Source: an uncultured Rhodothermaceae bacterium (GTDB lineage Bacteria; Bacteroidota; Rhodothermia; Rhodothermales; DASSAV01). Taken from it: a stretch of 42,213 nt of DNA. Numbering within the stretch: position 1 is the first letter of the stretch; every line of letters starts with the position of its first letter. Below, one piece after another: positions 1 through 8,400 of the stretch. The notes beneath the pieces are model-generated. The model was not told the origin of the DNA and did not search any database. It saw only the letters and a list, made by a program, of their open reading frames with translations. Location of the stretch: positions 1 to 42,213 of the forward strand of contig CBDTTW010000003.1 in the NCBI GenBank assembly GCA_965363675.1, read 5' to 3'. Position numbers and translations under genes: made by a program.

Positions 1-130
1 GGCGGGCGCCGCCGTAGTCGCGCGAGGCCAGAGCCGACACGACGCCCCGGCGGCTCGCCTGGATGGCCGGGATGACCTTTTCCAAACCGATGCGGGCGGC
101 TCCGAGCACGCCCCAGCGCAGCTTTTGCAT
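1..130 (-). CDS. Gfo/Idh/MocA family oxidoreductase, N-terminal part (runs off window start)
   Basis: Not in the ORF track. The reverse strand from ATG at 130 reads MQKLRWGVLGAARIGLEKVIPAIQASRRGVVSALASRD, a typical Gfo/Idh/MocA Rossmann N-terminus. It starts 7 bp after the cupin stop. Confidence 0.85.
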   Translation of the reverse strand, partial: MQKLRWGVLGAARIGLEKVIPAIQASRRGVVSALASRDYGGAR

Positions 131-137
131 GGCCGCC

Positions 138-455
138 TTAGGCCTCCTCTTTGCCGTAAACGGGCGGCGCGTACACGTTGAGCGTGCGCAGCGGCAGTTG
201 GCCGGTGCAGCGGATCTCGTGGGGCTCGCCGGCCTCGATGAGCAGCAGCACGCCCGGCCGCAGCGCCGCCTCGCGCCCTCCGACGAGGGCCTTTCCTTCG
301 CCGGCGGCGACGTACAGCCACTGGTCGCCGGGGTGCGTGTTGTCCGGGCCGCCCTCGGCGCCGCCGGGAGCCACCACCATCACGGCCGCCTGCGAGCGCT
401 CGGAGCCGCCGAGCACCTGCCACGCGGCCTCGAACTTCACGTCGAAATGTTGCAT
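138..455 (-). CDS. Cupin domain protein
   Basis: Cupin motifs H-P-G-D-Q-W-L-Y-V-x-x-G-x-G and G-x5-I-x-x-G-x-x-H-x-I. Confidence 0.85.
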   Translation of the reverse strand: MQHFDVKFEAAWQVLGGSERSQAAVMVVAPGGAEGGPDNTHPGDQWLYVAAGEGKALVGGREAALRPGVLLLIEAGEPHEIRCTGQLPLRTLNVYAPPVYGKEEA

Positions 456-490
456 AGGGATAAGGGCGAAAGCGGGTGAAAGGAGCGCGC

Positions 491-1177
491 CTATACGATC
501 AGCTTGTAGCCGACGCCGTGCACCGTCAGAATGTGGCGAGGCTCCGAGGGGTCGGGTTCGAGCTTTTGCCGCAGCTTCATGATGAAGTTGTCGACGGTGC
601 GGGTGGTGGGGCTGCTTTTCTCGTAACCCCAGACTTCTTCGAGGAGCTGGTCGCGGCTGACGACCTGCCCCCGGTACTCGTAGAGCTTTTTGAGCACCTC
701 GAACTCCAGGTGCGAGAAGTACACCGGCTTATCGTCCGAGCGGGCGTCGTAGGCGTAGAGGTCGATGTCGAGGCGGCCGATGCGCAGGCGGTGGCCGGCG
801 GCCTCGCCGTCGTGGTGGGTGCGGCGTACGACGGCCTTGATGCGCGCGAGCAGCTCGCGGATGCCGAACGGCTTGGTCAGGTAGTCGTCGGCGCCCAGCT
901 CCAGGCCGATCACCTTGTCGATCTCCTCGCCCTTGGCCGTCAGGAAGATGATCGGCGTAGCGATGCCGCGCTGGCGGGCGGTGCGGCACACGTCGAAGCC
1001 GGAGAGGCGCGGCAGCATCACGTCGAGCAGCGCCACGTCGAAGGAGCCCGTTTCGAGCGCGTGCAAGCCGGCTTCGCCGTCGCCGGCGATCTCGACGGCA
1101 TAGCCTTCGAACTCGAGGTTGTCCCGCAAGCCCATTTGCATGTTGGGTTCGTCTTCGACTACCAGGATGCGGAGCAT
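491..1177 (-). CDS. OmpR/PhoB-family DNA-binding response regulator
   Basis: Receiver motifs VEDE, LLDVMLP, FLTA, GADDYLTKPF. The winged-helix end reads RTVDNFIMKLRQKLE...TVHGVGY. Confidence 0.95.
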   Translation of the reverse strand: MLRILVVEDEPNMQMGLRDNLEFEGYAVEIAGDGEAGLHALETGSFDVALLDVMLPRLSGFDVCRTARQRGIATPIIFLTAKGEEIDKVIGLELGADDYLTKPFGIRELLARIKAVVRRTHHDGEAAGHRLRIGRLDIDLYAYDARSDDKPVYFSHLEFEVLKKLYEYRGQVVSRDQLLEEVWGYEKSSPTTRTVDNFIMKLRQKLEPDPSEPRHILTVHGVGYKLIV

Positions 1178-1192
1178 AATCGGGGCGCCGGT

Positions 1193-2824
1193 TCAGGAGG
1201 CCGGGGTGGGTTGGAGGAGGATCGGGGCCGGGACGGGGGTTAATATCGGAAATGAAAGCCGGAAACAGCTTCCCGCCCCCATTTTGCTGCGCAGCGTGAC
1301 GGCGCCGCCGTGCGCCTCGACCGTTCTTTTCACAATTGCCAGGCCCAGCCCTGAGCCTTTCGTGTTGTGCACCAGGGCCGAATCGACGCGGTAGAACTGG
1401 TCGAAGATGCGCTGCTGCTCGGACGGCGGGATGCCCGGCCCCTCGTCCTCAACTTCGAGGTACACTTCGGCGGCGGAGACCATGCCGGTCCGGATGGTCA
1501 CCGCCTTACGTTCGGGGCTGTACTTGGCGGCGTTGTCGATGAGGTTGATGAGGCATTCTTCGAGCGCTTCGAGGTCGCCGCGCAGGGCGGGCTCGTCTTC
1601 GGAGAGGCGCGTATGCACGCTCGCGCCCTGGCGTTCGAGGCTTTGCCGGTACGCCTGAAGCACCTTCTCGACGAGGTCGTTGAGATAGACCGGCTCGGCG
1701 GCGTACTGCTTTTTGCCCGCGTCGAGCCGCGAGAAGTTGAGGATGTTGTTGACCAGGCGCGAGAGGCGCTCGGCCTCCGACCGGATGATGCGGTAGTACT
1801 CGGCGCGGCGCGGCTCGGAGGGCACGCGCCCCAGCTCCAGCGACTCGGCGTACATCCGGATGAGCGCCAGAGGCGTGCGCAGCTCGTGCGAGACGTTCGA
1901 GACGAAGTCCGAGCGCACGCGGGCCAGGCGCACGGCCTGCTGCGCGTAGCGGAAGATCTGCCACGTCCCGATGCCGAGCGTAGCCGCGATCAGGCCGATC
2001 AGCAGCAGGCTGCGGTAGAAGCGCCCCTTCACGATACGCTCGATCTCCAGGTTGCGCGAGCGCACGGCGATCACGTAGTCCGGCAGCACCCACACGGCGC
2101 GCTGCCGGATGGTGCGGTCGTAGTCCATCGGGCCGGTCGAGAAGGTGAAGCCTTCCTGGTCGCGCCGGGCTAGGGCCACCGTGATCGTGCCCCGCGAGAC
2201 TTCGCGGAGCTTGGGGATGAGGACCTGGCGGATGAACTCGTCCTCGTCGAGCAAGAGCCCGGCCACGCGCGCCGAAGGGTCGAGCGGCCACGGAGTGAAC
2301 AGCAGCGCCACGCGGGCCCCTTCGGCCTCCTGCTGCATCCAGACGGGGATGATCTTGCGGTAGCCGCTGGCGCGGGTGCGGCCGAGCTGCTCGGCCACGC
2401 GCCGCAGTTGCAGGTTGCCCAGCACCGACGGCCCCACGGGACCTTTCGGCGCGCCCTTCAGGTAAAGCGCGCCTTGGCGGAACGAGGCGTCGCAGAGGAA
2501 GACGCCCAGCAGCCCCTGCTGCCCCTCGACGAACGTCGAGAGCCGGTCCTCGCGGTAGGCGGCGTCGGCCACCGTGAGCGAGCGGTCGATTTCGTTGGCC
2601 CACAGGGCCGTCACGTCCCAGGCGTGCTGGTTCACCGACGAAAGCAGCGTCTCGACCTGATGCTCGTAGACTTCGGCAAGGGCCGACTCGCTCGCGCTCA
2701 GGGTGCGCACCTCGAAGGCGATGTAGGTGAGCAGGAGCACCAGCACGATGGGGCCGATCACGAGGCCGACGCGCCGCAGCGTGGCCGGCGGCTCGGCCGC
2801 AAGGCTGAGAAGGCGGCGTTTCAT
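1193..2824 (-). CDS. Membrane sensor histidine kinase (HisKA + HATPase_c)
   Basis: Two TM segments flank an extracytoplasmic domain. H-box SHELRTPL, N-box NLIDNAAKYS, G1 DEGPGI, F-box, G2 GSGLGL. It ends 15 bp upstream of the response regulator. Confidence 0.95.
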   Translation of the reverse strand: MKRRLLSLAAEPPATLRRVGLVIGPIVLVLLLTYIAFEVRTLSASESALAEVYEHQVETLLSSVNQHAWDVTALWANEIDRSLTVADAAYREDRLSTFVEGQQGLLGVFLCDASFRQGALYLKGAPKGPVGPSVLGNLQLRRVAEQLGRTRASGYRKIIPVWMQQEAEGARVALLFTPWPLDPSARVAGLLLDEDEFIRQVLIPKLREVSRGTITVALARRDQEGFTFSTGPMDYDRTIRQRAVWVLPDYVIAVRSRNLEIERIVKGRFYRSLLLIGLIAATLGIGTWQIFRYAQQAVRLARVRSDFVSNVSHELRTPLALIRMYAESLELGRVPSEPRRAEYYRIIRSEAERLSRLVNNILNFSRLDAGKKQYAAEPVYLNDLVEKVLQAYRQSLERQGASVHTRLSEDEPALRGDLEALEECLINLIDNAAKYSPERKAVTIRTGMVSAAEVYLEVEDEGPGIPPSEQQRIFDQFYRVDSALVHNTKGSGLGLAIVKRTVEAHGGAVTLRSKMGAGSCFRLSFPILTPVPAPILLQPTPAS

Positions 2825-2831
2825 GACGGCC

Positions 2832-3143
2832 TCACAGCATGATGAGCGGCAACGCGCGCACGACGAGGGCTTCCTGCGCGAACCGCTCCAGGAGCGCTTC
2901 GCGGTAAGCGGCCCACCACTCCGGGTCGAGCACGCCGGCCATCACCTCGAACACCACGATGTCGTCGCTGACAGCGGGCGCGCCGTCGGCCTCCTTCCAG
3001 GCCCCCCGCGCCGGAGCGCGTACGTACGATGTGATGCCCCCGAACTGCTCGATCAGCTCGTCGCGCACCCGGGCGAACGCCTCGGGCGGAAACGGCAGCC
3101 CGTCGTTGGACTGCAAGGGAAGCAGAAGCTGCACCAGATGCAT
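2832..3143 (-). CDS. Conserved hypothetical protein (103 aa), possibly PII-like/ferredoxin-like fold
   Basis: The real ORF is the C-terminal part of track ORF 2832..3923, from ATG at 3143: MHLVQLLLPL...FGGITSY...GAW...FAQEALVVR. It fits exactly between its neighbours (32 bp and 7 bp gaps). Confidence 0.75.
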   Translation of the reverse strand: MHLVQLLLPLQSNDGLPFPPEAFARVRDELIEQFGGITSYVRAPARGAWKEADGAPAVSDDIVVFEVMAGVLDPEWWAAYREALLERFAQEALVVRALPLIML

Positions 3144-3175
3144 GTTGCGCGGAGCCGCTTGCGGCGGGCGGCGGC

Positions 3176-4384
3176 CTACACGAAGAACAGAATCATGAAC
3201 AGGATCACGCTCAGGGCCAGACCCGTCATGAACACGGTGTACGAGATCCAGAGCAGTCGGTACTTCTTCGAGAGGACCTGCCCGAGCGAGTAGATGTCGC
3301 TGATCATGTTGTCGTAGAGGCGGTCCCAGTCCAGCATCAGCTCTTTCATGCCGACCGAGAAGTCGGCGGGATCCATGTTGACGAAGTTGCCGAAGAAGAG
3401 GATGTTGGATCTGTTTTGGCGCACGTCTTCCAGGGTGAAGACCTTGTTGGTCACCTTGGGGCGGGCGCTCAGGATGGCGTAGACGATGGCGACGAGGGCC
3501 GTGATGAGCAGCGTCGCCGAGGGCACCATCAGCCAGGGGTTCGTCTGGAGGCGCGACGAGACGAACGAGATGATGATCGACATCAGGATCGCGTTGACGC
3601 TGATCATGATGTTGGCCTTGCTGTCGGCCATGGAACTGAGGCTGACGTGGTTGCGGTAGGTGCTGCGGAACATCGTCTCGACGCCGCGCGAAGGGGCCTC
3701 GCGCAGCACCGGCTCCTCGGCGGGCGGGCCGGGGGCGGCGGCGGCTTGCTCGGCCGCGAGCGTAGCGGCGAGGCGGCGCTGGATGAGGCGCAGGTTTTTG
3801 AGGCGGCGGCCGCCGTACTTCTCGGCGGCGTAGGCCGTCAGAAACGGCGAGCGGTTGAGGAAGTCGAGTTGCAGTTCGGTCCACCCCTGGTCGCTGAAGG
3901 TGCGCCCGAGGTACGTTTCCCACTCCCGGCGCAGGCGCTCCGAGCGCTCGAAGAAGTTCTTCTTGCCGGTGTGGACGAGGTCGGCGTCGTGGAGGACTTC
4001 TTCGGCGGCGTCCTGGGGGGCATGCCCAGAGCGGGTGGCGCGGATGAGGGCCGCGACCGCGTGAATCTGCGGCTCGGGCAGCCCGCGCGAGTGCAGGTAT
4101 GCGTTGGCGATGCGCACCCCGGCTTCCTCGTGGCCGTCGTAGGTCTCCGTGAAGCCGGCGTCATGGAACCACGCGGCCAGCTCGATGAGCGGCAGCTTGC
4201 CCTTGGGCAGCGGCGTCTTCTTGCCGATGCGCACGGCCGCGTCCGCGACCTCCACGGTGTGCTCGTAGGTGTGGTAGAGGATGTCCGGGGGGAGCTTCTC
4301 TTTAAAAAGCGTGTATACGTACGCCGACGCTTCGGGCAGGAGCAGCTCGGGGGTGGGAGGCGTTTCCGTAAGTGCTAAAGCCAT
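3176..4384 (-). CDS. HD-domain phosphohydrolase fused to a Pycsar-type transmembrane effector domain (DUF5706/PycTM-like)
   Basis: N-terminal YHTYEHT...WFHDAG...H...HDAD HD motif. C-terminal ADSKANIMISVNAIL + 2 TM + ILFFGNF + LSKKYRLL + TM, typical of DUF5706/Pycsar effector family proteins. Confidence 0.88.
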   Translation of the reverse strand: MALALTETPPTPELLLPEASAYVYTLFKEKLPPDILYHTYEHTVEVADAAVRIGKKTPLPKGKLPLIELAAWFHDAGFTETYDGHEEAGVRIANAYLHSRGLPEPQIHAVAALIRATRSGHAPQDAAEEVLHDADLVHTGKKNFFERSERLRREWETYLGRTFSDQGWTELQLDFLNRSPFLTAYAAEKYGGRRLKNLRLIQRRLAATLAAEQAAAAPGPPAEEPVLREAPSRGVETMFRSTYRNHVSLSSMADSKANIMISVNAILMSIIISFVSSRLQTNPWLMVPSATLLITALVAIVYAILSARPKVTNKVFTLEDVRQNRSNILFFGNFVNMDPADFSVGMKELMLDWDRLYDNMISDIYSLGQVLSKKYRLLWISYTVFMTGLALSVILFMILFFV

Positions 4385-4462
4385 AGCTGCATGGGCCGTG
4401 AAGGCCGGCGGCGGAAAAGCTCCGCCGGACCGGGGGCGCTTGCGAAGAATAGAGTTTCCGGA

Positions 4463-5380
4463 ATGAGGTTCTCCTGTTTAGCTCCATATTTGCGGTTTTG
4501 TTGCAGCGTCCTGCTGTTTTTAGGGTGGGGCTGCCGGGGCGAGGCCCCGGCGCTGCCTGAAGCGGGCGCCGCCGGGGCGCTCGGCTACGATTTCGGGCGC
4601 CCCGACCGCGTGCTGACGCTGCCGGCGGCGCTCGCGGAAATCTCGGGCGTGGCCTATCTCTCGGCCGACCGGCTCGTGGCCGTCCAGGACGAGGCGGGCA
4701 TCGGCTATGTGGTCAACGCGCAGACGGGCGCCGTGGAGGCGCAGGTGGTCCTCGACGGCGCGGGCGACTTCGAGGACGTGGCGCGCGTGGGCGAGGCGCT
4801 CTACCTGCTCCGCAGCGACGGCCTGCTCGTGGGCAAGTCGCCGGCCGGCGGCGCGGCCGTGCGCCTCCGCACCGGCCTGCGCGACTGCGACGCCGAGGGG
4901 CTCGCGTTTGACCCGCGCGGCCGCCGCTTCGAGATCATTTGTAAGAACAATATCCAAATCTCCGGGAAACGAAGCCGGGTCGCGTATGTGTATTACCCCA
5001 TGGGCGGCGGGCGGCTGGACACGTTGTTCGTGCTGACCGAGGAAGCCATCGACGAGACGCTGGTGCAGGAGGGCAAACGGCGGTGGCAGGAAAGGCTGGA
5101 GCGTCTGCTGGAAGACCCGGTGGAGGGGCGCGGCATTGCGCCTTCGGCCCTGGCGACGCACCCGGCCACGGGGGCGCGCTTCGTGCTCTCCTCCGAGGCC
5201 AAAGCCCTGCTGCGGCTCAGCCCGGCCGGGGCGCTCGAAGTAGTCGAGGCGCTGCCGCCGGTGGTGTTTCCGCAGCCGGAGGGCATGGCCTTCACGCCGG
5301 AAGGGGACCTGTGGATCGCCAACGAAGGCGACGCCGCCGGCCCCCCGACGCTGCTGCTGTTCCGCCGCCGCGCCGAATGA
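4463..5380 (+). CDS. SdiA-regulated (YjiK-like) beta-propeller protein, probable lipoprotein
   Basis: Repeated blade motifs EISGV, QDE, DFEDV, DAEGL, PSAL, QPEGM, ANEG. The hydrophobic signal ends LFLGWG-C if translation starts at ATG 4463. Confidence 0.8.
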   Translation: MRFSCLAPYLRFCCSVLLFLGWGCRGEAPALPEAGAAGALGYDFGRPDRVLTLPAALAEISGVAYLSADRLVAVQDEAGIGYVVNAQTGAVEAQVVLDGAGDFEDVARVGEALYLLRSDGLLVGKSPAGGAAVRLRTGLRDCDAEGLAFDPRGRRFEIICKNNIQISGKRSRVAYVYYPMGGGRLDTLFVLTEEAIDETLVQEGKRRWQERLERLLEDPVEGRGIAPSALATHPATGARFVLSSEAKALLRLSPAGALEVVEALPPVVFPQPEGMAFTPEGDLWIANEGDAAGPPTLLLFRRRAE

Positions 5381-5437
5381 GCCGCAGAACAACCGTCGGA
5401 AACGTTTAGCAGCAGGACCTTTTTGATCACTACCCGT

Positions 5438-8400
5438 ATGCAGATTCATCAGAGCCGGGCGACGGCAGCGAGCCTCCGGGCGGCGACCCTGTGCCTGACG
5501 GCCGCTGTAGCGCTCGCCGTCGGGGGGTGCGCCTCGGGGCGGCAGTTTTCCATTCCCGAACTCCTCGGGGCCGACGCTCCCCGCCCGGCCGACTCGACGC
5601 TCGCCTATACCGTCGTGCTGGTCGGCGACGCCGGGGGCACGCCGCACCACAGCAGCGAGCCTGCCCTGACGATGCTTCAGCATCACCTCGGCCGTCTGGG
5701 CGAGCACAGCGCCGTCGTGTTCCTCGGCGACAACATCTACCCGAGCGGACTGGTGGCGCGCACGCACCCGGGGCGCGAGGAGGCCGAGTACCGCATCACG
5801 GCCCAACTCGACGCCGTCAAGGCGTTCAAGGGGCGCATCTTCTTCGTGCCGGGCAACCACGACTGGGGGGGCGCCGGCATGGGCGGCAGCCGCGAAACGC
5901 TGCGCCGCCAGGAGCTGTTCGTCGAGGAGTACCTCGGGCGCGGCGACACGTTCACGCCCGACCGCGGCTTCCCCGGCCCCGTCGAGATTCCGCTTTCCGA
6001 CTCGCTGATGCTTCTGGCGCTCGATACGCAGTGGTGGTTCGAGGACGTGAAGCCCTACGGCGACACCGGCCAGTACGAGATCGAGCAGGAGGGCGAGTTC
6101 ATCCTGGAGCTGCACAACGCGCTGGCGCGCCACCCGGACAAGCAGATCCTGGTGGTGGGTCACCACCCGATGTACTCCAACGGCGAGCACGGCGGGCGCT
6201 TCAAGTCGCGGCGCAGACCGGCGCCGCTGGCGCGGCAGTACCTGGGCACGCCGCAGGACTTCTCCAGTCTCAAGTACCGGCAGCTCCGCCAGAAGCTGCG
6301 CGCCGTGTTCCAGCAGCATCCGGGCCTGGTCTACGCCGCCGGGCACGAGCACAACCTGCAATACTTCCGCGAGGGCGGCCAGCACTACATCGTCAGCGGC
6401 TCGGGCAGCAAGCAGGGCTACGTGAGCCAGGGCGGCGGCGCGGCCTTCGCCTCGATGGATTCGGGCTTCGCCACGCTGCGCTACTACGCCGACGGCGCCA
6501 TTCTGCTGACGTACTACGGCGTCGAGGAGGGCAACCCGGAGGGGCGCATCCTCTACGAAACGCGCCTGCGCGAGGCCCGGCCGGCGCTCGAAGCCGCCGC
6601 GCCGGCCGGCGCTCCCCTGGGCGAGGCCCGGCCCGAGCAGAAGCCTCGGGCCAAGGCGGCCCCCGAGGCCAAGGCAGCCCCCGAGGCGCCGCGCGGCCTG
6701 CGCGCCGCCGCCGACGCCGGAGAGCCTGCCGTGGACGAGGGCGCGCCCCGCAAAAACCTCGCGCGCGAGGTCAACCTTACCGCCAACGCGCGCGTGGGCT
6801 CGGACATTCCGCCCTACGAGTTCGCCAGCACAGGCACGCGCACCGTCGCGGCGGCCGAGCGCTACCGGGTCGGGCCGCTGAAGTCGTTCTTTCTGGGCAG
6901 CCGCTACCGCAAAATCTGGGCGACGCCCATCGAAGCGCCCATCATCGACCTCTCGCGGACGGCGGGCGGCCTGACGCCCGTGCGCCTCGGCGGCGGCCTT
7001 CAGACGAAGTCGCTGCGCCTGCGCGGCGCCGACGGCGACGAATATGTGCTCCGCTCGCTCGACAAGGACCCCACGCAGACCGTCCCCGAGTACCTGCGCC
7101 TGACGATTGCCCAAGACGTGGTGCGCGACCAGATTTCGGCTATCCACCCCTACGGCGCGCTCGTCGTGCCGGGGCTGGCCGAGGCGGTGGGCGTGTTCCA
7201 CACCTCCCCCAAGGTCGTCTATGTCCCCGCCGATGCGCGCCTGGGCCGCTACCGCGACGACTTCGGCGGCAGCGTGGCCCTCTTCGAGAGCCGCCCCGAC
7301 GAGGACCAGTCCGACGAGGCGCGCTTCGGCTTTTCCGAGAACATCATCGGCAGCACCAAGCTGCTCGATGAGCTGGCCGAGGACAATGACCGCCGGGTGG
7401 ACGCCCACGCCTTCGCCCGCGCCCGCCTGCTCGACATGCTCATCGGCGACTGGGACCGCCACATCGACCAGTGGCGCTGGGCCGAGTACGACCGCACGCC
7501 CGGCAAGCTCTACCGCCCCGTCCCGCGCGACCGCGACTTCGCTTTCTTCCGGTTCAACGGCCTGCTCGCCACGCTGGCGCGCATGAGCGGCGTGACGGCC
7601 TACAAACGCTTCACCAACTACGACGACGACATCAACAACCTGTACGGGCTCAATTTCAACGGCTCGCCGCTCGACCGCCGCTTCCTCTCGGAGCTTACGC
7701 GCGAGGACTGGACTGCCCTGGCCGACAGCATGCGCGCCGAGCTGACCGACGAGGTGATCGACGAGGCGTTCCGGGCCTGGCCCGAGGCGGTCTACCAGGC
7801 GCAAGGCGCCGAGTTTGCCGACCACATGAAGTCTCGCCGCGACGGGCTGACCCGCGTCGCCGAGAAGTACTACGAGATGCTTGCCGGCGTCGTGGACATC
7901 GTCGGGAGCAACAAGCACGAGCGCTTCGAGGTCGAGCGCCTGAACAACCGCGAGACGGAGGTGACGGTCTACAAGACCAAGAAGGAGGGCGACGTTACCG
8001 GCGAGCTGTACCGCCGCCGCTTCCGCCACGACGAGACGCGCGAGCTGCGGCTCTACGGGCTCGGCGGCTCCGACCAGTTTGTCGTGCGCGGCGAGGCCAC
8101 CCGGGGGCTGCTCGTGCGCGCCGTCGGCGGCGACGGCGAGGATGTGCTGGTGGACAGCTCGCGCGTCTTCGGCCCTGCGCACCGGACCGTGTTCTACGAC
8201 ACCCGCCGGGGCAACACCGTCTACAAGGGCGGCGAGGCCCGCCTGCATCTCTCCGACGAGCCGGCCGTGAACCGTTACGACATGGGGCGCCTCGACCGCA
8301 CCCTCACGACGCCGCTGATCGTGGCGGGGCGCACCTCCGACCAGGGGTTCATCGTCGGCGGCGGCTTCCGGGTCGTCAAGCCCGGTTTCCGCAAAACGCC

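Noticed and set aside
3144-3923. N-terminal extension of track ORF 2832..3923
   Set aside because: It overlaps the HD-PycTM gene in another frame. Only the part from ATG 3143 looks like a protein.
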